Origin: Octopus sinensis
Taxonomy: Eukaryota
Assembly (NCBI RefSeq): GCF_006345805.1
Contig: NC_042997.1
Location: 47,864,001 to 47,928,000, forward strand
Reading direction: 5' to 3'
Length of the DNA: 64,000 nt
This document shows, one piece after another, positions 51,951 to 64,000 of this stretch; within the stretch, counting starts at the first letter, position 1, and each line of letters starts with the position of its first letter. Under the pieces are notes generated by a model that had not been told where the DNA came from, did no database searches, and was given only the letters and a program-made list of their open reading frames with translations. The translations under genes and the position numbers were made by a program.

Positions 51951-54900
51951 TGTAAATTACAACTATATATATTTGTGTGTGTGTTTGTCTACGTATATAT
52001 GTATGTATGGATGGATGTATATATGTATGTATGTTTCATGAATGTATATACGTATGTAGTGTAACACAAAGATGAACACAGATCTAAATTATTAATTTCT
52101 AGCGCAGTTATTTGGAACACAGTAATGGATGTTCCGAGCGCATTTGGATGCCTAACCGCAATGTAATATCAGCGATCTAATATCACCAGACACATGGTGA
52201 TGTAATTTATAAGCATTTAAAGAAGGAAGTCAAAAGAAAGCAAGACGTGGAGAGAAAGAAAAGAATACGTGAAGCAATAACTCATCCAGCGATATCTAGA
52301 TATTTAGCTGTACACACACTAACACCCACCCACATACACACACAATATATATGTATATATATATATATATATATACCTCGCTCAGAGATTTATTATTGCT
52401 TATGTATACACATATATATATATGTGTGTGTATATATGAATGTATTAAAGTATGTATCCATGTATATGTATATATATATGTGTATGTATGGTAAATATAT
52501 ATTATACCTGTATGTGTGCATATATATATACATATATATATATACCGCTCTGTGTACAGATGGCAATATGTATGCGTGCATCTATACACACACACTCATG
52601 TATGTGTATGTGTCTGTGTTGTCTGTGTGTGTGCGTGCGTGCGTGTGTATTTAGATGCAGATATGATTCACCATCTTTCCTGAAATTTCCAAACACTGCA
52701 AATAGCAGTCTCAGATTCGAATATTGCCGAATAGTTGCAATCACTATGAATGTAATTCGAGCGACATCTGCAAAACTTGCTTACTCGATTTCAGGCTACA
52801 GCGATTGCATTTCACTAGAAATCATCTCCGTTTTTTTTCAAATGAAATACTTTATCATTATTTCATATCAACATAACAGCGTTATATGCATATGTGTTTA
52901 GCACTTCGGATCAAAAAATAATTTCTTCTTATCTCCATTATTCATACTCACATATCAGATTCCTACAGTTCAAGAGGTACACGTAATTCAAAAACGAAAC
53001 TGTTATTTACTCTCAATCGAAAGAATTTAAATTTTCCCTCATTGTAATACTAAATCTTGAATGCAAGGAATATGGAATTGACGCTGACTGTATTAGATAG
53101 AACGAGTTAAAAACTGAAATATTCGATTAATTTTAAATTGTTGTTCTATTACTTGAGATTGTCTTTACGAATGGAATAAGATTATTTGTTGGTATTTTGA
53201 GAATAAAATAAAACAAAATTCTCTAGATACGTTAATACATATGAAATGAATGAGTAACTGGAAGGAGCTTTATAACTGCGATGCTACAGAATTATAATTT
53301 GTCCAATTAAAAATGAAAATATCAATATAGCTTTTGTATTCTCTTCGGCGCTAATATTCTGAATATTTATGCATATGAATATAAAATTCTAGGTTTATTC
53401 CCAATGTTTTTCGTCTGTTATATTCGGTTTTGTCCATAAAAATACAAAGTGCATTAATTTCAACAGCATATTCCTTATGGCGTCAAGTAAATAATGTCAA
53501 GGAAAACATCCAATGATAAATATTTATTTATTTGCTTATTTGCTCTTACATCACTGTTCTGATCTGCAACTCACTCACTTCTTTATATAGTCAGGACTTT
53601 CTTCATACTGAATTCAATCTTAACATGATACATTACAAAATATATTGGTATTCTTTAAAATTTCAACCCTCCATTATTTCTATACTACTATGTAAAATAA
53701 ATCTGTTTTATTTTGTATATTATTGCAAGCAGACGGTGAACGTCAGCGTACAAAATTAGGATATCTTAGCTGAGAAACCTGCAATTTATTCAAAGGGCCA
53801 CTGATAAACATATCATTTGCTACAGCATAGGTTTCTCATCTAGAAGCATTACAGTTATAACGGCTATGCTCTTCTCTTAACGTTAATTTAATAGCATCAA
53901 AACACTGACCAGGATTTATAAAACAGGCAGGATAGGATTGTATACCGTTAATAATATTGATTTCTTACACTGGTAATATCAATGACTAAAGGAATCGGAT
54001 TGTACATATCATGTTGAATATTTTCCCAGAGAAATGCAAATATGCATCGAGCATTTGTTCCAGTTCTCTGCAATCTGAGTTCAAACCCTGTCCAGCTCAA
54101 CGTTGTCTAATGTTTTCGTCGTCGATAAAACCAGATGCAGTTCAACACAGTGAAATGGTGTGATTGCTACAAGGTCGGACGAAATGCCTGGTGGTATTCT
54201 TTTCAAATCCTTGTGCCTTGAGTTCTTAAAAATAATTTTTTATTCGTCACATGATTTGACACCACCACCTGATTCATAGGTGTCTTTAGAAGGAATCACT
54301 CTTTCCGAAGCATTTAGAACAAGCCGTCTGTCTTAGGATAAATTCTTTATCTCACCAATCATGAATATAAGAGACCTTGAATATAAAAGGTCGTGAGCAC
54401 TGTACGACAATAGGGCACAAAGCAAGAGTATTTTTAGGAAAATTACGATAGATTTATAATAAATGCATTAAATATGATTACTTATAATATAAAGAAAATA
54501 GATCTGTGTCAAGTCAACACGAAAGAGTAAATTGTTCTTCCAAAATGTAATTTAAAAATATATTTCATCTAACCTAAAATGACCTCAGGCAAGAAGAAAA
54601 AGTACACGAACGAAGTAAAACATTGCAGAATAATTAATAATTTCAATCAAATTAACTCGGAAATTAATAAATTAATTTAGAATAAAAATTTACGCTGACG
54701 AGATAATGTGGTACGATAAATTTCTAGTTATATTAATGACCATAAAATATCGTATTAATTATATAAATGAAATATTTCTTTTCCTATAAACAGCCATTAG
54801 GAAATGGATATATTGGAGTTTAGCACTTCTAATCATTAGAATTTGCTCATCCTTCATTACCAGTCCCTTATTGCAAATATTATTTTATTATTATTATTTT

Positions 54901-55429
54901 CTTTTTACACAAGCCATTCTATAAAGCATCACTTATTCACCACATTTTCATTAATATTCTTTCCGTTAATTCCTACACTCATATTTTTGTTTCAACGTAG
55001 TAATGGTTTTTCAAATAAAGCTATTTGTATAATTTGCTGTTTGTATATATGGACTAAAATAATTATACAAATTCTGCTTCTGGTCCAAAATGAAATATTT
55101 ATTTTAATGTGTCTGCTTGTCAATTTGATACGATCGAAATACCGTTACATTTGTCACATTGATATGGCAGGATTGTTACCGTAAACAGAGTTGCAAAAGG
55201 CAAATTTTACTCCCCGACGAGAAAGACAGTAATAGGAGGAATTAGAATATAGATCGTGATGTTGGAGAACACTCAAATAATATCCTTGGTCGCTAACACA
55301 AAACAATAAAACTACTACCTAAACAGAAATTATACTTTGAATATAACACAGATGAATGAAGAACAAAGATGAACTCAACAGGATTAGAAAACGTAGTTGC
55401 AGCTCCAGAACAAAAAGTCTTTTCTACTA

Positions 55430-55627
55430 TAGGTACAAGGCTTTACATTTGGGCTTAGTAGGCGAGTCGATTACATCGACCCCTGTATCTGGAATGTACT
55501 TATTTATATCGATCCTGAAAGAGATGTAAGGCAAGGTGGACTTCGGTAGAATTTGAGCTCAGAACGTAAAGAAGGGTGAAATGGATTTTGTCGTGCCTGC
55601 TAACGATTCTGCCAGCTCCCGCTTTAG
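55430..55627 (-). mobile_element. SINE family C, diverged copy
   Basis: Revcomp gives AAAGCGGGGAGCTGGCAGAATCGTTAGCA..GAGCTCAAATTCTACCGAAGTCCACCTTGCC..GATCGATATAAATAAGTAC..GGGGTCGATGTAATCGACT. Confidence 0.8.
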
Positions 55628-55918
55628 CCGGGACAAATAATGTAAGATATCGTTTTCAACACTTGAAAGATATTATACGTTCCTCTTACACACATATACT
55701 CATATACGTGCGCGTGTGTGTATGCGTGAGTGTATGTGTATGTGTGTGTGTGTGTATGTGTGTGTGTGTGCGCGCGCGTACGTGTGTTGTGCGTTAAGGT
55801 ATATAAATCTATTTTATTTGGTGACACTTTATCTGATACACGTTCAATGCACTGAAAAGAGAAGAGATATGTTTACACTATAACAGTACTATTCAAATAT
55901 ATATGTGAATGCACGTAT

Positions 55919-55963
<45 letters not shown>

Positions 55964-56079
55964 GACGTATATACATAAAATGTATGTGTGCACTTAAAAG
56001 CGTATATACGCACGCACGCACACACACATATGTTCACGAATGTGTATCCTAAAGTTGTATTTCGGACAGAACATGCATT

Positions 56080-56450
56080 TGTTTTTTAAACATCGTGTCA
56101 AATCTATTGGCTTGTCTGCACGAACAGTGGGCTCAATAGTAAACTGGGCAGCCATATTTTACGGATTGAAAATGAGAAATATAGTTGGAGATTTGCAAAT
56201 AGATCTATATTACCTTTATAGGACCCATGTTCTATTAAAAAATGTTGGAATAATAAACCTCGCAGGAGTTTTCTAACATATTTCTTCTTCCCCCCTACAT
56301 TGAAAAATATTATCCGCATATCGAATGAATACAACCTTATGGGAAAATCTGATTTACGTAGTATAGAGAAAAGTGATAGTATAGAAATATGAATGAATAA
56401 TGTAATAAAATCAGTTGATAAACCAGTTGAAGGCATTCAACTTATGTTCT
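56080..56450 (-). mobile_element. L1/Tx1-like RT fragment
   Basis: 'STDF..SLFSILRKSDFP' (the motif after KAFD), 'SVKYGCP' (GVRQGCP-like) and 'TIEP' (AIEPL-like) in the expected order. Confidence 0.5.
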
Positions 56451-56877
56451 ATACTGTAAACTATCGGAAAATATATTATACATCTGATTTTGTCACTGAT
56501 ACGATTTTACTGCAAACTTTGAAAGATATCAGCTGATGAAAAGTTCTTATACACTGTGGATGCATGGATGGATGGCTGCATGGATGGATGGATGAATGGG
56601 TGGAATAATCGATCAAGTGATAACTATATAGCTAGATATATATCGATATATGTGTAGTTTGGTGAAAATTTGTTCCATATCCATTTATATATGTGCTGCA
56701 ACGAAAGGCACAGTAAGTATGAAACACAATTTTCTATTCATAGACGAATACATTTGTGATATATCTCATCTCAGCAGATATTTTTCTTAATAGAGTAATA
56801 CGATCTTGTTAGAAACGCGGTTACTTTATAATCATAACTCTCTCCAGACGTGTAAGAAGATCCCTTCGAGACGATAA

Positions 56878-57182
56878 TGTTGCATCCTACGTCTCCAAAT
56901 GTCGTGCTACCGCCACAATATTGTCACGGAAGATTCAGATGCACTACACCAGCGTGTAGTAACAGTAAACAAGATAACGATGCAGCCATAATAACAACGT
57001 AACGATCCAACAAACTCTTCACGAACCACCTGTCAACATTCCCAACGTACAAACCAAGCGACACCTTAATTCACTGCGAACCCAACTCAAGCTCAAACAA
57101 ACTTCAATCCAACCGCTACTATCTATAGGCATTCAGTTTAGTCTATTTCTCGCAAGTGGGCGTCGTAACTCTCATCGCAACA
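56878..57182 (-). repeat. 3' LTR (305 bp)
   Basis: TGTTGCATC..CATCGCAACA, colinear with 59936-60240; purine run GAAAAGAGA adjacent on the minus strand. Confidence 0.92.
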
Positions 57183-59920
57183 TCTCTTTTCAGACTTTGA
57201 ATTCTGTAAGTAATGAAATTCATCTTAATTTTGTTCGTTTCCAGCATTTCCCCCTCTCCTTTTTTAAAACAAATTGAATACCTTTTTTCGTTTTGGCATT
57301 ATTTCTAAGTGTGTAGTCTGTTTCCTTTTTCTACTGTTGCTTCTTCGAGACTTAATCTCTTTCGGTGCTGGAAACTCAAACATGTCATAACAGACTTCCA
57401 TTGGTATTTCCCTTTGTTTTTCTGTATGTCTTGACTTCAATTGGCTTAGGCGTCTCTTATGTTCCCAACATTGTCCTTTAATTACATACGTCATGTTTCC
57501 TAATTACAAAACCATCCTAGTTACAAAGCCATCCTCCCAGCCGTCTTTACCATATTTATAGATGTTAAAATAAACTTCATCTCCTACTTCGAAATGTTTT
57601 GTTGCCTTTTCTGTATTTCCTTTGAATGTATCTTTTTCCTGGCAATTTTATTGTTCGCGCGAACATTAACTATGCAGTAGACATTCTTGAACTGGTATTC
57701 GGACTGGGCATTATTCGATATGCCCTCAAGAATTTCGTTAGTGCTTTGTCATTTCCTACATCATTCGTTGCTTTTTGTCATGTTCGCTTGAAAGTATCAA
57801 CGAATCTTACTGCCTCACCGTTTAACCTCGGAGGGTACAGTGGAGTAAAAATATGCTTTATCGCATGTATTTTGCAGAAATTTTTCAATTCACTACCTGT
57901 AAATTGCATTCTATTATTTGATACCAAAGTGTCTGAAACACCATACCGAGCAAATAATTCATGCAAAAACGGTTTTTTTTTTTATTGCGCCTGCATACCT
58001 CAGGCCACTTTGAACCGCTATCAACAATAATTGATTAGTGTGCGCCGTTCACTGGTCCAGCGTAGTCGATATGTATCCTGGTCCACGGACTATCTGTCTC
58101 AGGCCACGATTGGTATTTCACCGGTGGTACTTTGGCTTCTAGTGCGCAACCTCTACATGATTTTACACATTTTCAGTGTCCAGGATTATGAGAAAATCTG
58201 GGAAAATCTGATTTACGTAGCGGGGAGAAAAGTGATAGTATAGAGAAATGAATGATTAATGTAATATACATAGCTCCTCATTAAGGCTTCCATTCTCGAC
58301 ATTCCATGGTGTCCACTGTGGAATTCCTGCAATACTCGTTTCTGTAGTGCAGTTGGTGCTACCACTCTTAGCGTGTATATTAAAACATCATCGCATAATG
58401 AAACGTTATTCGAATTTGTAAATTTTTGTGGGTCGGGGTTACTTTTCTACATTTCTTTCATTCTTATAATGTAATTATCCTCTGCGGATTTCAATTTTAT
58501 ATCATGCGCTGTCACTGGCAATTCGTGAATAGCATCACGCATAACGTTTTCAATTAATTTTTTCTTCAATTCAACTGCTGAGTTCTATTCACTAGTGGGG
58601 GAGGCAATTAACTTTTTACAGTATCGCCTTATTAAGAGATCTCATGAGTCAAATAGCTCCAACCAGTCGGTACCAAACAGATTGGTTGCGTTCTTTACGA
58701 CGAAAATGTTCGCCTTGCAAGTTTTTACTCGAAATGTGACATCATCCCTCATTTCGTCTATAAAGCGTATTTTGCCACCCGTCATGCCGCGTGCAGTTTT
58801 GACTGTTTTTCTTAACATAGGTTTCCCTCTTTTCTTCCTTGTGTCGGTGTTAATAATTGAAATGTCACCACCAGTATCCAGTTGTAATTTAATATTTACT
58901 CTGTTTACTTTTAGGTGTACAAATTTCCTTATTTGGGAGTCGATGTAACTTTCTACTGAGAGCACTTAAGATTTTTTTACATTTGACTTTCGTATTTTTG
59001 TTCTGAAGGGTGAACTCTTTTTGTCCAAACTTTTGATAACAGTAAAATTTTTGGTTTTTAAAAAGACAATCATTTCTGAAATATAGACCTCCACATCCGT
59101 AACATGAATTAGGACCAAACAATCTCCTTTGGTTAGACTTTCTCGGTCGACATATCTGTATTAAAAAATTGTTTTTCTTACGTTGTTCACCATTTTTGAC
59201 ACTCTTCTGCAACAGGCTACAGGGTTAAATCTTGGTTTGTGTGTTCAGGTGTTGAAAGAATTTTTGCAGTATTCCCGTATCTTCATTTCCTTAAGGCCTT
59301 GTACAAAAATGGGGCACGTAAACATCTCAGGATTAAGGTGTTTAAGTTTAAAATTTTCACAATTTCTGTTGACTGTTCCTGCATACGTAACAAAGTTAAG
59401 CACTTTTTTTTAAATTCCGGTACGCCCTTCAAGTGTTAAATAGAGAAGTTTTATCACCGAACATGTTAGACAGTAATTTTATTGTTTCTTGAAAACAAAT
59501 TCCACTAGAATTTCTGGGCAATATTACAAAAATTACAGTATCATTCATACACAGACGGAACTAATTTACATTACTTTTTTCTTCGTCCAACTATGTTTTG
59601 CAAACTTCTTTAAAAAAATCTCCTCGTTCCTTCTGTGTTACGCTGCAAAAGTTATACCCGTCTCTACGTTATAACTGAATTCTCTTATGGAGTTCGATAC
59701 GCCTTCTGGCGAAAACGGACCTGCCGAATTTTCGGACTTCTTTGCGTATAGCTCCAATAATTGCTGTTGTTGTAATTGTTGCTGTACTAGTTGCTTCTGC
59801 AAATCCTGTTGCTGTACTTGTTGTTGCTTTTGCAACTGCATTACAGAAGCCTATATGTTTTCTACCATTTAACAAGTTGTATCACGAACAAATTGTTAAA
59901 TAACCTACGTGAGATTTGAA

Positions 59921-59933
59921 ACCCTCGTCGCCA
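59921..59933 (-). promoter_or_regulatory. Primer-binding site complementary to the tRNA-Ser(GCU) 3' end
   Basis: Minus strand TGGCGACGAGGGT, 2 nt from the 5' LTR. Complementary to ..ACCCUCGUCGCCA, the 3' end of animal tRNA-Ser(GCU). Confidence 0.8.
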
Positions 59934-59935
59934 GA

Positions 59936-60240
59936 TGTTGCATCATCCGTCTCCAAATGTTGTTCCGCCACAATATTCTGACGGATGGATTAGATGTGCG
60001 GTACTAGTGTAGCAACAGTAAACGAGATAACGATGCAGCCATAATAACAACGTAACAATCCAACAATCTCTTCGCGATCTAACAATCAATATACCAAACG
60101 AACTAACCAAGCGACACCTTCCGACTTCACTGCGAACTCAACTCGAACTAACGCATAAACTTCACTCCGACCGTTACTGTTTATAATCACTCGGTTCAGT
60201 CTATTTCTCGCAAGGGGGCGTTGAGAATCTCATCACAACA
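59936..60240 (-). repeat. 5' LTR (305 bp)
   Basis: TGTTGCATC..CATCACAACA; followed on the minus strand by the PBS. Confidence 0.92.
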
Positions 60241-60294
60241 AATCCGATATTTAGTACCTACTTGCTTTTTTAATCCATTCTCTATTTCTTGTAC

Positions 60295-60435
60295 ATATGT
60301 ATATGTATGTATGAATGTTCGTATGTATGTATGTATGTATGTATGTATGTATGTATGTATGTATGTACGTACGTATGTATGTATGTATGTATGTATGTAT
60401 GTATGTATGTATGTATGTATGCATGCATGTATATA
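60295..60435. repeat. (TATG)n microsatellite
   Basis: Direct reading. Confidence 0.95.
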
Positions 60436-60899
60436 TGTATAGCGAATGAGCCCGATGATCAAGGAATGTGAAATAGAATGTCCGAGGATATTTGAAAACA
60501 TGACCCGTAAGATCATGAAATAAATGCCAGAGGCCACTTTATATGATCCTTTACCTTTCTGGCAAATCACATAATCGTAATTACAGATTCAAATCCAAAA
60601 TGTCATGTTCCTAAGACCAAAATGGATAATATGATAAAGAGAGAAGATGCAGATGTGCAATTGTTCTGAACAATATTAAGAAATCAGCGTTATACGTTTG
60701 CATTCAAATCCGTTTCTATAATACAAAATTGAGCGAAATAAAGACAAAGCAAAGTCAGAAATACATGCACAATGTGTTACTTATCAATGAGAAACCTTCA
60801 CATATATACGCACAACATATAACACGAGATTTATAGTTTAACTAACTCAATATCTCAAACTTGCTTTCGGGACCGCTAAAACAATGCTCGTCCAGTACG

Positions 60900-60951
<52 letters not shown>

Positions 60952-61017
60952 GCACCGACATACATATATAAATATACATTCACACATACATACATATATA
61001 TGTGTGTGTGTATGTAA

Positions 61018-61064
<47 letters not shown>

Positions 61065-61170
61065 ATATACATACATATATGTATATATATATATATAATA
61101 TATATATATACATCCATACATAATATATATATATATATACACATACATAAATATATGTATTATATATCAA
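60900..61170. repeat. Compound (TA)n/(CA)n microsatellite
   Basis: Direct reading. Confidence 0.93.
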
Positions 61171-61454
61171 ATATGTACGCAGATATAAACACATAGAGGC
61201 GCGCAAACATTCACTGCATTTGTATAACATCTGGCAAGACATAATTACAAGAAGTCTTAATGTATCTCGTTCTCTGTAGAAAATGAAAGCACAAAGCAAG
61301 CTGTCCTACATTAGGAAAATTTCCATATTGATTTTTACCTGACAACAATGCTGATATTAACCTCCAGACTGACATGAAAGCATTACAGCTACTTACCTGA
61401 AATGAAAGAAAAACGATACAATCAATAGAAACATTAGAAATCAGTAAATGCTCT

Positions 61455-61578
61455 GCATTCACGCACACACACATATATATACATATATACACACATACAT
61501 ACATAATATATATATACGTATTTATGTACATACGCACACTCACACATGTACATACATACAGACACGCACACACGCATA

Positions 61579-61626
<48 letters not shown>

Positions 61627-61670
61627 TATATATATATAATATATATATATATACATACATATACATATAT
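61455..61670. repeat. Compound (CA)n/(TA)n microsatellite
   Basis: Direct reading. Confidence 0.93.
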
Positions 61671-62264
61671 CAAAATATACCAGAATGTATAAGAAGTGCC
61701 AAATATACGCACATGTGCTTTATGTTGCAATTATCAATGAATTCTACAATTCTCAGGCGACAAACGGATAACCAGACTAAGCATTAATTAGTGATGGATG
61801 TGAACCAAGTAATTTTACCACAAAACAAAGAGAAACACTCAAAAACAGAATTAATAATAATAACAATTATGTATTGACGTATAAAGCCATATATTAATGA
61901 CGTTGGGGCCAATATTAAAATGATCTCACTGAACGATTGTTTTCTACATATCAAATAGAGCTTTGATTTGAAGGACAATTCTTGTATAGAAACTTGCTAA
62001 TCATAAGGATTTCTTTTTAAAATGTCTTAAATTTAGAGATTAAGTATTGTGGAAGTTATTGACAAGTAGTGGTTAGTAACTATGTTCGCAACGATAAATG
62101 TTATAGTTGATCTAGCGGGCAAAAGGTAAAGTTCGGTAACTAAGTGTAATTGGGACAATTGATTCCTAATTTAACCTCAAGATCAAGAGTTCTTGACGGG
62201 AATTTTATTTTATCGAAATAAAGTCGACCTCAGAATATAAACATTTGTATTGACACATGAATAC

Positions 62265-62378
<114 letters not shown>

Positions 62379-62577
62379 TAAATAATATCAGGGTGATAAA
62401 AATTATAGAATTTTTTACTACCAGTGGCCTAACGTACAAGAAAATTAGTCAATAGACTATATATTATTCATATAAAATACAGTGTACATTCCTATGATGG
62501 AAGCCTCTTAATGTGTTTTAACGTACACTGTATTTTATATTAAGTATATATATATATATATATAAATATATATATAT

Positions 62578-62616
<39 letters not shown>

Positions 62617-62699
62617 TTTGTATCCTTATGAAAGCAATAATAATTATAATAACTTCTAATTAAGTCCAGGGTAAGTAATTATTTTCAGGCTAAGGGCTG

Positions 62700-63015
62700 T
62701 AGCTATTATTATCGACCGGTACTTCAATTTGTCGCTCTTAGAGGGCTGAAATGCAAGTGATTACAACGATGAAATTTGAACCTAATACATAAAGAGCGAG
62801 AAGAAATAGCAAAAGTTATTTCGTTTAGCGTTCTAACGATTCTTGCCACCCACAAAATGTTTCTAATTTAGAAGCTAGGCAGGAACTATTGGTTTCAAAT
62901 TTTGGCAGGTCAGCAGCTTTGGAGAGGATAGAAATCGATTACATCGACCCCAGTCGTACTTATTTTCTCAACCTCGAAAGTATAAAAGATAATATCGATC
63001 TCGGCAGAATGCAAG
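62700..63015 (-). mobile_element. Two degenerate SINE family C copies in tandem
   Basis: AAATCGATTACATCGACCCCAGT..TACTTATTT..GATCTCGGCAGAAT (62930-63012) and GAAATTTGAACC..TTCTAACGATTCTTGCCA (62770-62848) are revcomps of family C segments. Confidence 0.55.
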
Positions 63016-63099
63016 GTCAGATATATTGATGGGATTATTTATTCGATACCTTCAACCCACTAGGAGACATGTACCTTATGGAGAAATAATAAGCAAAGT

Positions 63100-64000
63100 T
63101 TCCAACTGTGTATTTGATCTAAAAATGTAAAGAGTTTGGGACTTTGATTTTCAGACAGACAGAGTGTTAGTGCACCGAAGGCCGGATATAGTAACCTCTA
63201 GGAGGGACAAACAGGAGTGCCTAATAATCGATGTAGCAGCGCCAGGAGAACAACATATCATCATGAAAGAAAGAGACAAAGTTGATAAATATGGATTTTA
63301 GAAAGTATTGAGCTGGTACAGGTGTCTGATAACATATCAAATTTTATTAGGAGATCAATGAAAAACAGGAATACAGAGTTAACTTCATTTTGGAAAATTT
63401 TGGTGGCGGTTAACATCAAGACAGGTATATTTCAGGGAGATAGCCTATCACAGGTGCTATTTGTCATTTGTATGATACCCTTCACACAGATACTATGCAA
63501 AGTTGTATCGGGGTGCACCTTGAAAAGTGGAGAAAAATTAAATCATGTTATATATGGGGGATTCACAGATCTTTGGAAAGACCGAATGTAAAATAAATGA
63601 CCTAGTCTCAACAGTGCAGATATTAGTAAGGATATCGGAATGGAATTTGGAGTAAAAAAGTGTGATATGCTTACAATATAAAGAGGTAAAATAGTGTCGT
63701 CTGATGGTGTAGGGCTACCCAACGGCTAGAAAATCAAGGATATTGAGACTAATGGGAATTTGGGAATACGATAAAATCGAGGAAAGTGAAAGAAAGCTTT
63801 AAGCGAGAATATTTCAGAAAAACCAAGTTAATTATCGGAAGTAGATCCAATGGCGAAAACAAAATCATGGCAATGAACACATAGGATGTTACCTTAAAAC
63901 GATAGAGCACAAGTGTTGTTAGGTGGACACAGAACGAGCTTGAAGAAATGGACAGAAAAATAGAAAAATGATTACTCTTTTTTCTCGCGGTATCATCCAG
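63100..64000 (+). mobile_element. R4/Dong-type LINE fragments: RLE piece followed by RT piece (runs off the window)
   Basis: 63130-63300 'WDFDFQTDRVLVHRRPDIV..CLIIDVAAPG..KVDKY'. 63320-63960 'VNIKTGIFQGDSLSQVLFVICMIP', 'KDIGMEFGVKKC', 'WTQNELEEMDRK'. Confidence 0.88.

Larger units (their letters stand above)
56878..60240 (-). mobile_element. Ty3/gypsy LTR retrotransposon (Mag-like), gag-PR-INT, RT and RNase H deleted
   Basis: Two 305-bp TG..CA LTRs; tRNA-Ser PBS; Gln-rich gag N-terminus and CCHC knuckles 'CYGCGGLYFRNDC'; protease 'LQLDTGGDISI'; integrase 'FHSGHHG', 'SCRGC', 'WTRIHIDYAGP', 'FARYGVSDTLVSNN'. No TSD evident (GATAA vs AATCC). Confidence 0.93.

Noticed and set aside
52655-52830. 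Non-repetitive stretch with a TTTAG acceptor (+) and GAG|TAAGC-like donor (-)
   Set aside because: No consistent exon and no recognisable protein motif.

Overview
AT-rich, microsatellite-dense eukaryotic intergenic or intronic DNA. The SINE sequences and the (TA)n/(TACA)n/(TAA)n landscape most resemble an octopus (coleoid cephalopod) genome; this is inferred from recalled repeat sequences, not from a search. No intact host protein-coding gene can be supported, and most ORFs in the supplied track are translations of microsatellites or antisense artefacts. The recognisable content is decayed mobile DNA: two mariner (DD34D) elements, a DD34E Tc1, a DD36E (Incomer-type) Tc1, a maT-like fragment, an internally deleted Mag-like Ty3/gypsy element with both LTRs and a tRNA-Ser PBS, four R4/Dong-type RLE LINE pieces, L1/Tx1- and CR1/L2-like remnants, Penelope-like element (PLE) remnants, four tRNA-derived SINE families, a non-autonomous Helitron-like element and a MITE. 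The main hidden structure is a cluster of about a dozen type-I minimal hammerhead ribozyme motifs in PLE termini and fold-back mini-elements. Two have fully canonical cores (31470-31549 and 43110-43193). One PLE carries, in both terminal copies, an A3:U8 compensatory swap of the core C3:G8 pair. Several sit in near-perfect long palindromes or inverted repeats (26636-27029, 30131-30348, 31405-31707).
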